From assembly GCA_013265495.1 (NCBI GenBank), contig MU058059.1, positions 620,001 to 684,000 of the forward strand: a stretch of 64,000 bases of DNA, in the 5' to 3' direction. This stretch comes from Vicugna vicugna (taxonomy: Eukaryota). Of the stretch, positions 1 through 12,900 are shown one piece after another. Every line of letters begins with the position of its first letter. The stretch's first letter is position 1. Under the pieces are notes generated by a model. That model was not told the DNA's origin, did no database searches, and saw nothing but the letters and a program-made list of their open reading frames with translations. The translations under genes were made by a program, and so were the position numbers.

Positions 1-10
1 TCATTTTTAG

Positions 11-132
11 CTGCATCAATGAAGGTGCAAAGTTGGTTCAAAATCAGCTTTAACCAGGGATGTGGTTTTGATGAGTTAGGATTACATAGTGACAAAGGAG
101 CAAAGGAATCAAGGAAATATCCACGGGAGTGA
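11..132 (+). CDS. Candidate terminal coding exon of an unidentified upstream gene
   Basis: Acceptor-like tcatttttag at 1-10. One frame is open for about 40 codons (ASMKVQSWFKISFNQGCGFDELGLHSDKGAKESRKYPRE, TGA 130-132); an alternative frame gives CINEGAKLVQNQL (TAA 51-53). About 1.3 kb of repeat-free AT-rich UTR-like sequence follows. I do not recognise the protein, and the upstream polypyrimidine tract lies outside the window. Confidence 0.25.
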
Positions 133-1351
133 TTTTAATGATGTGTATTTATGACATACTCTGCTTCTCAAAGGGCTCACAGTCTGCTGAAGGAAAGATA
201 AGGAATAATTGTATGGTGAAAAATATGAGAACAGAAGAACACATAGGATGCCATGAAAACACAAAGGATTTGATGTCCTGTGTTTTACTAAACTGTGATA
301 GACTATTGCTATTAATTACAGAAAATGTCACAATAAACATTTTGGGATCTATAACACATTTTTAATAATACTTCTAGAAATAAGTCTGAATTCTTTCATT
401 CTCTCCCTTATTGGCTTAACTAATATTTGGGGGTTTTTTTCTACACCCAAATATTTTAGAGAATAAAGTTTTAGGACTTGTGTTTGGACTTCTAATGATA
501 CAATTATCTTATTTCTATAACTTTCTTTTCTAGATCACAGAGGTTTTCTAGGGATATTAAGGTCAAACATAGCCATTTTACCCTGAATTTGGAATTATCA
601 CTGTATAAGCCACCCAGCTTGAAAATGACCTTAGCCAAAGATAATTATCTCAAGAACCATGGTTTTCCTCTTTGTGTTCTCTTTTCTGAGGAGCTCTCAC
701 CAATAACAATATGAATTGTGTCCTTATAATTCAGTAGAAATTTATTACACACTTGAACTCCAGCTGTGGGAAGTATCAAGTTCTTTAGCAGACAGAAGGC
801 TTGTAAGAGGAGGTGATTCTTACATATCGTACGGCCGTATCCACTCAAGGTAACCTGTTACACACATTTTAAATGATTTCCTGTACTTGAGTTACCAATG
901 GGACTAATTCCTTAATCAGTCTCGTACCTTCTGACTGCACTTCAGCATCGCATGTGTCCACTGCAGTTTCACTGCAACCCTGTCAGTATCGGATACTCTA
1001 AGCATATTTTAAATAATATTTTCAATGCTTGTTGTTGAAAAATAGTTGGGAGTGGTACAGTAAAACTGCACTGCAAAATTGTCAGTGTCTTTTAAACAGC
1101 AAGTGATTAAGTGGTCCTTAAAGTACTAAGCATGTATGCTTGAATTCCTTATCTTTAAACTACTTAAACTATCTATACAACTGGTGGGCTGTACCTCGTA
1201 GACCAGGGAGAGAGAACAATAGCTTATTTCCATTTATACACAGAAAAGAAGCCCTGCCTCTCCCTCTCCTACCAAAAAGGAGAGAAACCTTTGCTCCTTG
1301 GAGACAGGATGGAAGGGATCCTAGGTTCTGACCTTAACCTTTTTAAATGTC

Positions 1352-1357
1352 AATAAA
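1352..1357 (+). terminator. Candidate polyadenylation signal (AATAAA)
   Basis: AATAAA followed about 25-45 nt later by GT/T-rich tctgtgtct...tttttt. Other AATAAA copies at 332 and 462. Confidence 0.2.
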
Positions 1358-1777
1358 ATCTATCCAGAAGCAAGAGAGCCTTCTGTGTCTAGGATTTTTT
1401 TGACCTAGAAATGCCTCATGCATTTCAGCTTTGCCCCTTTTGACATGTAAATGCCTGAGGAAATGGCGCTCCCAGCCTCCCTGAACCTTGGGGCCCCTGG
1501 AGCTGCCTCTGAGCTGTAGCCTTCTGGCCCTCTCATGGAGATGAGAAAAGCTGTACTGTCCTTTCACAAACAGTAGTTAACTAGACAAATGGCTACGTAC
1601 TTTTCTCCTGGTACAAGAAGAGTGAAATATTTCTAGAGGAAAGGAAAGCAAACATTCTTTATCATTCTATTCGCATTTCCCTGTGTCAGGAGACTAGACT
1701 TTTTACTGGAATACTGAGAAATCCAGGGAAACTTTATCTCCCCGTGGCATGTAAATTGCTTTCAGTAAAGCCAATTG

Positions 1778-2142
1778 GACAACAAAAAAGAGAAGAATAA
1801 ACCGTTGATACATGCAACAGCATTACGAATTTTGATGAATCTCAAAACATCATGTTGTGTGAAAGAAACTATACACAGAAGAATATGCACTGTAGGAACC
1901 CATATGTAGAAGAAGTTCAAGAATGGGCAAAACTTAGTTATTGTGATGAAAGTCACAAGAGTGTTTGCCTCTAGAGAAGTGAAGATAGAGTATAAGGGTT
2001 ACAAGGGAATCTCCTTTGGCATGAAGCTGTTCTATTTCTTGACTCAAGTGGTAGTTACACGTGTACACAGTTGACAAACCTCAAAAAACAATACACTTAA
2101 ACCTGGCATTTTACCGTTTATAAAATTCACCTCAATTTTAAA
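1778..2142 (+). mobile_element. Old L1 (L1MC/L1ME-type) 3' end fragment
   Basis: gatacatgcaacagc...atgaatctcaaaacatcatgttgtgtgaaagaa...ggcaaaactt resembles ancient L1M 3' UTR. Confidence 0.75.
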
Positions 2143-2202
2143 ACAGTATTCTTCATATATATCCTTTCTTTGTATGCTGACTTACATTCAAATTCTTAGT
2201 CT

Positions 2203-2268
2203 TGGGGGAGGGTATAGCTCAGTGGTAAAGTACATACTTAGCATGCACAAGGTCCTGGGTTCAAACCA
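2203..2268 (+). mobile_element. vic-1-type tRNA-Ala-derived SINE, 3'-truncated
   Basis: ggggagggtatagctcagtggt (A box)...ttagcatgcacaaggtcctgggttcaaacc (B box). No tail or TSD seen. Confidence 0.8.
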
Positions 2269-2766
2269 AATCAATAATAAGAAACAATTCAAGAATGGTC
2301 AATAGACGAGAACAGATGCTTCATCAGCAAAGAGATACAGATGTCCAACAAGCACATAAAGGTAAACTTGGTATCATTAGTCATTAAGAAAATGCAAATG
2401 AAAACCATAATAAGATACCACTACACATCCAGTAGAAAGCCTAAAAGTCAAATACCAAGTGCTGGTGAGAAGGTGAAGCTACAGGAACTTACCACTGCCA
2501 TTCGGGCTGTAAATTGTTTTAACTATTTTGGAAGAGTTTGGCAGTTTATTAAAAAATTAAAGATACTCCTACCATATGGCCCAGATATTCCATTCCTAGA
2601 CATTTATTCAGAGAAATAAAAGCATATGTCCACACAAAAATTTGAACATGATTGTTCAAGCAGTTTCATTTATAATAGTCCTAAACTGGAAGCAATTCAA
2701 ATGTCTTTTAGCAGATGAACAGATAAGCAAATTACAGCATATCCACACAGTGGGATATATTTAACC
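2269..2766 (+). mobile_element. Old L1M ORF2 3'-region fragment
   Basis: The degenerate translation (MSNKHIK...SLVIKKMQMKTIIRYHYT...LPYGPDIPFLDIY) matches the L1 ORF2 C-terminus. Confidence 0.85.
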
Positions 2767-2816
2767 CTTTATTCCCTTTTATGCTACTCCTAATCCATTT
2801 CCTTTCTTTCTGCTTT

Positions 2817-3045
2817 ATTTTTTTTATTGTAGTCAGTTACAATGTATCAACTTCTGGTGTACAGCACAATATCGCAGTCATACATATACATACATACATT
2901 TGTTTTCATATTCTTTTTCATTAAAGGTTATTACAAGATATCGAATATAGTTCCCTGTGCTATACAGAAGAAACTTGGTTTTTTTAAATCTTTTTTTATA
3001 TATAGTGGCTAACATTTGAAAATCTCAAACTCCCAAATTTATCAC
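2817..3045 (-). mobile_element. Cetartiodactyl/camelid L1 3' end, 5'-truncated
   Basis: Poly-T followed by ...ggttattacaagatatcgaatatagttccctgtgctataca. Flanked by TSD ttctgctttattttt (about 2808 and 3046). Confidence 0.9.
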
Positions 3046-4099
3046 TTCTGCTTTATTTTTTTGTCTACATTGCTTTTTCACAGGCCAATATATGAGCCCA
3101 TAATTGGAAAGGCAGAAACAATAAATGGATGCACAATTATATATATATATATATAAAATGAGAAATGATTTTATTGATTCTAAATATATCCATGCTCACT
3201 GTAGAAAAAAAATGAAACAAGAAATAAGCCAAGTGTGCATTATCAGCATAAGATCACAACTAAAAGAAGCTGTGTTATTTGCATTTTACACGATTCATTT
3301 TGATTATTCAATTTTGATTTCTGCTGTTGTATTTACTGTTAAATTTTAAGAATCATTAGTATTATCTCAAAAATATTTCCCTTTTCAATGCACCACCCTT
3401 TCTTCATCTAGATACTGGCAAAAGTGATAGTAATGGGGGCCTCAAAGAGCCTCATCCAATTCTAATGAGATCACCACCCCCTTCCCTATGTACGCTTCCC
3501 AACTCGCTGAAACCAACTGACCAGGAATCCAGCCCAGTAAATGGACTATAATTAGAATACATACCTTTCTATGAGAAACCCTCAAGGCATCTCACATCAT
3601 GCCCTGTGTCTCTGCTAACCTCAGGCATTTCAAAATGCTCAACTTTCATTTCTAGACACTTTCCCAGTTGACCTTAAACACTGTCCGGTCAGCTTGAACA
3701 ACTCTCAGTCTGTCATCACCAAAACCCTCTACCTCCTCCTTCTCCTCTCTGGATCTGCTCCAAAGCTTCTTGCTTTAATTCAGCCTGGAGTCACATCTGG
3801 AGACATAACTTCTCATGCATCACCTTCCAGTAGGAGCTATTCTTTGCTCTATTTTTTTATTCTACTTGGTACCAGACTTTAGGGTTTCAGAGCCACACCT
3901 GGACTATTTTTCCCTCTTTGCTCCCTAAAAGGAAGCCACCACCTCCACTGAGGCTTTTGCAGTAAGGTCTAGCACTCCACCCTCTGTGTACTGACCAAGC
4001 AGACCCTAAATACTGCCTGGCCATTCTACCTGTTCTTCAATTGTCAATCCACATTCCCGTTCTCCATACAACTATTTAACATCTCAAGTCTCCAATATC

Positions 4100-4990
4100 C
4101 CCTCTCTTTCCCTACACTAAGCTGACAACCATATTTCTTATCCCATAAAGAAGTAGAAACAATCAGAAGAGACAGTCATCTTTTTCCCATCATAAAATTT
4201 ACCAACCATATGGATGCATGGGTTCTGCCTTTCCTTCTGTTAGAACAAGTTAACTGTCTAGGACCCAGCCTAAGGCCAACCCCTAGGCTCTGCCCACCTC
4301 CTCTCACCTACTCAAGGACATCACTTTTGCAATTGCCCTCTCTTTCTAAAAATATAAAATTTCCCTCCTTAGAGGAGTCCTATCAACTAACATACTGCAA
4401 TGTCATTTCTTATCAAACAAACAAAAAACTCTTCCTTGACTTATCATTACTTTCTACCCACTGATCTCCTTTATTAAAAAAACTCAGAGAAAGAGTTATT
4501 TAAATTTGTTTCCTCCAATTTTTCAGTCTTTCCTCCCCAAGCCATTCCAATCGGGTTTTGTAATCATCATTCTCAATGAACAATTATGAATGAGGTCAAT
4601 AGTGACCTCTACATTGTCAAATTCAAGTCTCGATTCATGTATTACTCAACTTCTCAGCAGCATTAGAACTGGTTGGTTACTCCCTCCTCCTTGAAATCTT
4701 TTCTCTGCCTGAGTTCCTGAACTCTACAGTGACCTCCCACCTCCGCAGCTGCAGCTTCTGGTCTCCTTCTCTGGTTTCCATTGTCTCCCTAACTTTCTTA
4801 CACTGAATTTTTCAAGGGTCAATTCTTGAACCTCTTCTTTATTCCACTCACTCCCTAGTTTATAGTATTCAATGCCTCAGGCTTTGTATACCATGTATTT
4901 TATCTTTAGTTCTAACCTCTTGCTTAATCTCTAGATTCATATATGTGTATTCCCAGGATGTAGAAAATGCCCATCCAATGATTGGTCCTT
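4100..4990 (+). mobile_element. L2 (LINE-2) ORF2 remnant
   Basis: aggtcaatagtgacctctacattgtcaaattc...cttctcagcagcattagaac...ccttgaaa resembles the L2 RT region. Confidence 0.75.
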
Positions 4991-5129
4991 AATATTTGTT
5001 TGAGATATAAATCACAAATACCACTAAAATCTAAGTGTCATTTTCTATCACATGCAACTCTAAAATTCTCATATCTATGCTCAGTTGGGGAATTTATTCA
5101 GTTTCTGAATTTTGTGCAATAAATAATAT

Positions 5130-5330
5130 TGGATTCCAATTGTCTCTACCAGCCAGGTGGCCATGGACTTATTGCTTCATCTTTTTATTATTATGACTTC
5201 ATCTCTTCTTAAGCTTTAGTCGCTTTATCTATATAATGGGGAGAACACTATTTCTCTCATACGGAAAGAACACAGACTAAACAAAACGATGTATAGCACT
5301 TACTGTATACCTGACGTTGTTATTAACACT
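5130..5330 (+). mobile_element. MIR
   Basis: Degenerate MIR core (gctttagtcgctttatctatataatgggga...tgtatagcacttactgtatacctgac). Confidence 0.55.
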
Positions 5331-7049
5331 GTCTCTGCAGGAATTCCTCAACACATCCCTGATTCTTACCTTGGTACGGACTCCTGGCATCTAATTACAC
5401 AGTCAGTGTATATGAACATTTCCATTACTCTCAACAAATATTGATGAGTCGCTTTTCAGAAAGACTGTATGGATTTATACTTCCACCAACAATGTATGGG
5501 GCTATCTGACACATAACCCTTTCACAGGAACTATTATCACTGTATATTAATTTAATTAGCAGTTTAATATAAACACACACTTCTTTTTATTGAATGTACT
5601 CCTAAGTCATGGTGCCATCTTGTCATATGACTGAAGCTGATTTTCCCTTGGTTTCTCCATCTGTGAAATGGAGACAAGTTTGTGGATTGGAAAGGAGATA
5701 TATAATTGGACTAATCAAGAAGCTTAGTGCTTTTGAAAAGATAAGAAACTCCAGGGCCATGTGATTGTATCACATGATCTATTCAGAATATCTCAATCAA
5801 AATCAAGTACGCGTTGAAAGAGAACTGCGAGAATAATTCTGCTGAGAAAGGCTGCCAGGAAGGCGGCCTTGCTTCCTTCGGAGCAGCTGGCTTGTCTGAA
5901 TTGTCTGAGCTGCACACTAGCCTCGCAATTATGATGTGTGTGCTGATGCGCTTTCTTTTTACAAAATCATCTCCCTGTTCACTGCTTAGGCATTAAATTT
6001 TATGGTGGAAGTTGAATGTCTAATGAAACTGCAGATTTGAACTGTTTTATGGCCTCTAAGAAAATCTCATTTACCACAGAGTAGCTATGAAAAGATGTGA
6101 ATGACAGACGAAAGTGTACAGCATTCTTTAAGTGGAAGAGGGAAGTTAGTTCCAAGGATACGCAGAGCAACAAAGCTGGTATCCTTTTTCACCACTTCCT
6201 CCATTCTTTCATCTGTTCGTCCATTCGCTGCTCAACAGTCATTTACTCAACACCAACTGAACCACCCAGGCCATGGCTAGTCTTTGCAAAGACCCTATAG
6301 TGTAGATGGGGAAAGTGACAGGGCCACGGTCAGGACAGGGCAGTGTCAAATGCACTACTTGTACCAGCACCTGTGTTTGGAAGTTCTGCAGGGCACGGTA
6401 ATTGTAGAGTGGGAACTCCCTAGTACAAGGATAAAAAGGAGCAAGAGACGGCAGGCCACACGTATGGACGTGAAGTTGTGTGCGGCACTGATCACACTCA
6501 CTGACTTCTAAACAGGATGGAGTAGTAAATGGGTCAGCGAGCAGCCTGAAAGCCTAACGTCCGAGGCCAGTGTACATCACTGGAGCATTCATCTTTACAG
6601 GCTCTCTTTCTGTGCCTGTGTGTGCACGCGTGTGTGCATGTTCCTACCGCTAACAAATGAAGACGTAACTACAGACTAACAGGTTTGACACTGGTCCTCA
6701 AAAAACTACTAAACAGCACAATCAACAAGGTGGCTGTGAGTGTGTAAAGTTAGGAAGGTAACATTTTGTCAGAGCAAATGTTTTGATTTTTTTCACACCG
6801 TTACTTGGTTTTAGGAACATCATGAACAATGTGCACAAGGCTGTATTGATTTCAACCAACTGTGTGACAGGGTACTTACTCGTGGAGGAAGGACAGACGT
6901 AGTTAGGGGAACTCTCCGCTTGTGACACCTGCACACAGTGAGGAAATCACTAGCAAGGGGACGGAGCGTCCAGTTGGCTCACAGGGCCCTTGGTCTTAGC
7001 TGATCATCATTTGCTCACAATTCCGATAAAATGAATGGTAGCACAATCA

Positions 7050-7530
7050 TGTGGAGGTTTCCCACATGCCCCTCCAGGTGCACTAACTGCTGTTTCCACT
7101 TTTCTTCACAGCACACTGAGCCCTGGGAAGCTGACGTGTAACGGCCACCTCAGTGCGCTCCCTTGCCCTCCGGCTTCCGGGTGGCATCAACTGATGGGAG
7201 GAAGCAGCAGGAAGACAAAAGTGCGGCTGAGGTGTTCGTTTTCCCACATCCCTGCCTGCAGGGTGAACCGGGGTTGGCTGTCTTCCTCTGCCGAAGACCA
7301 CAACTCCTGTGGGAGCTGCCACTCCCCCAGTAACTGTTCCCTCGCGTTGCCCCTACAAGCCCAGGAGCGGTGATGTCTTCAGCTCCCCCAGTGCTAGTCC
7401 AACAAACAATGTGATCCCTTGTGGGTTCCCCTCACCCGTGCCCTCATCTTTGTAAAACACCCCTTCATTAAACTCTTCTCAGACTTTCCATTTAAGTGTG
7501 CCAACTGCTTCCAGCCAAGAACCCAGTCAA
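7050..7530 (+). mobile_element. ERVL solo LTR, LTR33-like
   Basis: ccctgggaagctgac...catctttgtaaaacacccccttcattaaactcttctca...agtgtgccaactgcttcc resembles the LTR33 3' end. Confidence 0.7.
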
Positions 7531-7559
7531 TTCGATTGTTCTCCGAAGCTCTTGTTCAG

Positions 7560-8440
7560 AAAATGTAGAGTCACCCTCAACTTCCTTTCTTCCTTGTATC
7601 CCACATATAACTGTTGTCAAGCTCTGTCTATTCCACCTGCTCCGTGACATCAAATCCATTCTCTACTTTGCAAGTCTGTGAGTACAGTTCTAGTTCACGT
7701 GAAACTTGACATTAAATGATACAACACACACAGAAGCACTGGATAAATTATAAATGTCATTCCTGTATGTCTTCTGGGTGCTATTATTATCATTGCTACA
7801 GCCCCGGAACTCATCTCTCTTCCTTTTCCTACCTGCTTCAGTGTATGCCATACACAGTCAAAGTTCCTTGTCTCTGGAAGCTAAATCTAACTATATCACT
7901 TCTCTGCTCTACAGTCGATTCCTAGCTTTTTAGAGTAACCCTAAACTCTTGTCATGCATTCAGGTCCCCAACAATCTGGCACTAGTACATATCCTTTCTG
8001 ATCTGCTCTGCTCTGTCCACGAGTCCTAACCTGCCTTGTACCTCTTTGCACTCCTCCCCCCAAAATAGCATTGAACTTATCCACCTCTGTATCTGACTGT
8101 CCAGTAATATCACTGATACAGTGGCCCCATGTTGGTAAAACTCAATCTAGCATTTACGAACTTTAATTTCACATGCCTCCTTCTCCATGATGTCTTCCCC
8201 TATTCCAGGAGAGAATGAAACTCTCTCTTTTCTGCACTCCCACTGACTTTGTTCAAGCTCTACCTCCATATCCATCTAGCACATTGGGGTGTGGTTATCC
8301 ATGTAAATAACTATTTCTGCTGGGGCATTTCAAACTCCTTGTGAACAGAAATCACTTGGCCTTTCCTATTTATTTAATTTTCATCTATGCAGTGTCCAGC
8401 ACATACTAACTGCTTAAAAACTGCTTAATGAATGCAAGTA
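7560..8440 (+). mobile_element. L2 3' remnant (fragmented)
   Basis: Pyrimidine-rich L2 body ending in cagtgtccagcacata...tgcttaatgaatgca. Confidence 0.55.
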
Positions 8441-9619
8441 AGTAATGATACATGATTAGAAGGTATTTCTGTCATACTGGATGTTTTCAAACAAAGCTAT
8501 AATGCATAGTTCATATGAAGGTTGACAAAAGTCAAGTTTCAACATTATTTTGATAGAATAGCTACAGTGGAAGTACAAAATGAATATTAAGGAGACAAAG
8601 TCAGGCTTCTAAATGCCAGTCTGGTGGGCCCCAGTTGGGCAGCAGTTAAAATTGTCCTCTTGGTTTTTTCACATGCTGTATGAACAGTAAATGCAACCAA
8701 AATACATGAGTTTCATATCTAGTTTCAATAAGTAATACCAATTTAGATTGAAAGTAATTTAGATTAAAAGTAATGAGAGAACTCAGATTATTCTGCACAG
8801 TTAAGACTGTATCCCAGGTAAGATGTCCGGCTGTAGGTTTTCAAAGACTTTTGACAAATCAGTGAGAATCTGTTAGCAAGTCATCACATGTTAACTGGAA
8901 TACCTGCCCAGGAAGGAAGAAGATTTTGAAAATAAAGCAAATCAGCCTCTAACATGTGAGGCTGAATAGTCTTTGTGTCTTTGTAGTCCCAGAGACTCAG
9001 AATTACAGCAAGTGAACAGAAGCTGCAGGTAGACCAAGTTCAGATGCATATAATAAAAAGCACAATTATAATCATAACTGTTAATCTGCTATGAAATTCT
9101 AAACTCCTTGTTTCTAGGATTGTTTAAGTAGGAGCTGAAGAGCCCTGTGTTAGTGATGAAGTAGAAGGAATTTTCACACTGACAAGGAAAGAAGGAAAAG
9201 ATCACTTTCCAGAGCCATTCTCTGATTCATCTGCTACAAACACAACTTTCACCATCAGTGCCATTTTTATGAAACCGTACATGGCTCCATGTTTTCCACT
9301 GTGTCTATCAGAAACTCGTCTGTCTAGTTCTCAATGGCCCTCATCATCATCCCTACAGAGTGAATCACTTTTCCCACAAATTCACAACATGTATCTTTTA
9401 AAGTAGTAAGATCTATCTCACGCTCACTAACATGCCAAGGTCTCGAGGTTAGTACTGGGAAAATAACAGTAAGGTCTTTGAGGCTCGCTTTTCCTAAACA
9501 CAATATTTACCAGGGTACAAGCTTCATCTTATTGTGGCTATACTACAAAGGACAACACTTTGTGCTAAGACTAGGGACTTCCCATAACCTACACCCTCCC
9601 CACTGTATCTTTTGGTCAA

Positions 9620-10100
9620 CATCATTCATCACTCATGTAACAAATATTTATTTAGATAAAGGTACCATGTCAAAGATTGCGGTATAATAATAAAACATGA
9701 TTACATTTCTCATCATGCTTAGTTTTCGTGGAAAAGACACACAGGAGAGTAAATCATTACAGTACAACAATGGTAAAGGCTGGAGCAGAGAAGATAACGT
9801 CCCTGAGGTCTGGGGTTATTGGAAAGGGAAAGAGTCATCAAGGGTGTAAAAAGTAAAGTCAGTTTGGAGCTAAGAACAGAAGTGCAGCAGAAGCAATCAG
9901 GGAAAGATGGTCCTGTGTGAGAAAACCGGAACTCCTCCACAGACCTAAAGGCCCGGCACCTATTTTGGGTCTACAAGGAGTTTGGCACAGCTCCAGCTCT
10001 GTTGGAGGAGGTGACGGAGGACGAGTCTAGGAGGTGAACAGGGTTTTAAATCTCAGGGACCTGCAGGGTGTGGTAAGGAGTTCAGACTTGATCTGAATTC
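9620..10100 (-). mobile_element. L2 3' end remnant
   Basis: cattcatcactcatgtaacaaatatttattt is the reverse L2 tail, followed by a purine-rich body. Confidence 0.6.
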
Positions 10101-11679
10101 TCCTCCGCCATATAAGAAACAGGACTCAACCAGAGGAAAAGCAATCTGCGAGATGTTTTGTTTGGTTTTAACTTTAATTTCTTTAATTAAAACTTAATTT
10201 TCTTTAACTTTAATTTCTTTCCTTGCAATTATGGATTTTAGATGGAGGATGGGATGCATGGCTCCAGATGGAGCCCAGATATTCTGAATCCCAAGAGGTC
10301 AACACCTGGCGGAAGGCAGCCTCCCCTGTGGCCGAGTAGCGCTCCATAGGGCTGCACAGCGTCTTCTACTTCAAGTCCAAAGGGACCTGACTCAGAGAGG
10401 CTATATGAGGAGCAAAATCATTGTGGACAAGGACACTCAAGGGACACATAGCTGCAGACTTCACCAACTGAAACCAATTCTGGAGCCGCGGCGCGGGAGC
10501 TGTCTGCCGGCAGGAAGCTGGGTGCAGCAGCGCAGAGGCCGCTCGCGGACACAGCTGTGCGCGCTTGTATTGCCAGCAAAGCAGGGACAAAAGAAACACT
10601 CTTCCCGCCGCCGCCGGAGAATGATCCCTGATTGCTTGGGGAACAGAGACAGAAGAACACGCAGCAGATATTTTAGGTCCTTGGCCTTTCAGAAATTATC
10701 TGGAGTGCTCTGTTAGATTGTTCTTGGGGGAACGCTAACCTTGCAACGCGAGGTCTGAGAATGCTTGACCTAGAAAGACAGCAGGGTGCAAGGTCTGCGT
10801 CCAAAGACTGGTCCTGTACAGCAGCTCCTCAGCTGTTAGTGTCACTCTCTCTTCCTTTCTCCTCCCTTCCCCCTCCTAGCATCAAAACTCTGAGGAAGGA
10901 AGGTGAGGAAGGAGAAAGTTGCATTCATTTATATAACAAGCCTCGATGAAGTGAGTGGGATTTTGGGGAGCCTAATTTTCTTTCTGACTGTGCTCTGTGC
11001 TTTAAGCCCGAAAGAGAAGTAGAACCATATTCTTGTATGTGCTATTCACATCTTCTCAGGGTCTGAGAGACAACAGGATCAACCCTTACACAGCATGCCC
11101 AGGTCTGCAAAGCTGGCATGAAGTAAGTCCCAGAGATTTCAGGCCACCCAAGAGAATCAGAGAGCTGGAGCCTCATATCTGCACACAGAGTCCTTCCAAA
11201 AGATAATTATTGCATGCACTTTCATTAGATTATTTTCCTCTGTCGGTGTCCTACCCACCCCTGCTCTCCTTGATTGCTCGGAGATCACTGACGTCACTTC
11301 AGCATCCTCATTTGTAGTTTTCTCCGACCATCAATGCCATTCACCAGGCAAATAGTCATTGATGCATTTAGAATAGTTAAGTGCTTCTGTATTATTTCTT
11401 CACCCACCCAGGCCCTCTATTTCCCCACTCATGTCTGCCATTTTCAGTTTGAAGATCATTCCCCTTCACAGTGTTTCCATAAGCAGTTAGAAACAAAATA
11501 AGAGGTAGAAGTTTCTGTTTTCTCCTCATTGGCTCCAATCCTCTGGCCTGTCCCCTGCACTAGATGCCAGGCAGTGGAAGTCATCTTCTCATTCCAGGAT
11601 CCTAACCCTGTACCTGGTACATCCCGTGCACATGAGCAATGTTCTACTGAACAGAACCAGGTCTTCTGTCTCCCAGTGC

Positions 11680-12263
11680 GGCAAACATACCCTGGGTGAC
11701 CCCCCAAAAAGCTGCACCCTTGTGGAATTCTACCACCTTAAGAGTGGGTGGAAACTGACCTGCTTTTAACCAATAGAATAAGGCAAAAATGATGGAGTGT
11801 CATTCATGCAATTGTGTTACCTCATATGGCAAAACATCAGGTATTTTTCAGATGTAATTAAGGTCCCTAATCAGTTGATTTTCAGTTAATTGAAAGATTA
11901 CCCAGGATAGGTTTGGCCTAATTTATGGAATTCTTTATAAGAAAGTTTGTAAGAAGGTCTTCCCTGAACTCAGAGACTCAAAGCAGCATAAACTCTCTCT
12001 CCCTCTCTCTCGCACCCTGAAAAACCAAACCATCATGAGGTCTGCAGCTACAAGGAAGTGGGCTCTGCCAAGAACCAGGAGTCTGAAAAAGAACTCCAAC
12101 CCCAGATGAGCTCACAGCCCAGCCAATACCTTGACTGCAGCTATGTGAGACTCTGAGCACAGGACCCAGCTAAGTTATGCCAAGACTCCTAACCCATGGA
12201 AACTGTGAGATCATAAATGGGTGTTTGAAGTACATTTTTGTACAATTCTAGAAAACTAGCACA
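11680..12263 (+). mobile_element. ERVL-MaLR LTR, MLT1E-like
   Basis: cagatgtaattaaggtccctaatcagttga...cagcccagccaataccttgactgcagc...ggacccagctaag...gaaactgtgagatcataaatg. Confidence 0.8.
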
Positions 12264-12759
12264 CTGAACATAAATAAAACTGCCCTTCGTGGTTGTTACT
12301 GGACTTCTTTGCAAACCTTAAATATTTTTGCTCCAGATTCTACCTGACTTAATTTTTTTAAGTTTTGCCTTTGGTTATTTTGCTTCCTTTTTTTCTATTA
12401 TACATATGATTTTTCAATATGTGCTTGTTGGGGAACTCCTTGGCAAACCAGGCTGGGTGGATTCTTTAGGACTTATGCCTCTTTCTTTCTTGCTGAGGCC
12501 AAAAACAGTGACACAAACAGAATTTCATCTTTGAAAGATGACACTCATTCTGCTCCAGAGTTTTGTGGCATAGAATTAAGGAGCTTTGAAACTTTGAAAA
12601 ACATATCATGTAGGATTGTTGTGAAGACAAAGCAAAATATAGAGCATTAATTTGCCCACTATCACTTCAGTGACTTCACCATTTTCCGAAGCCCCTGTAC
12701 ATATATAATTAGAGACTTGAAATGACACGATGAGATGGGAAGATAAAGTATTCTGATGA

Positions 12760-12900
12760 TGTTTCTGGAGAGGCCCATGATTTACAGATGGAAAAACTAG
12801 AGCCCTTATGCGTTGAGCATGTTTCCCAAGGTCACACAGCTGGTAAGTAACAGAGGTAGATGGACCCAAGAGAGGCACCCCAAATACTGTCTTCTTTACA
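12760..12900 (-). mobile_element. MIR
   Basis: tttacagatggaaaaactagag...cccaaggtcacacagctggtaagtaacagag. Confidence 0.7.

Noticed and set aside
2203..2268. tRNA-Ala genes here and at 36886 and 56114
   Set aside because: The stems are diverged, and the other two copies have SINE tails (56114 also has a TSD). These are SINEs, not functional tRNAs.
10405..10716. 103-aa Arg-rich ORF over the CpG patch
   Set aside because: No recognisable homology or splice context; explained by local GC richness.
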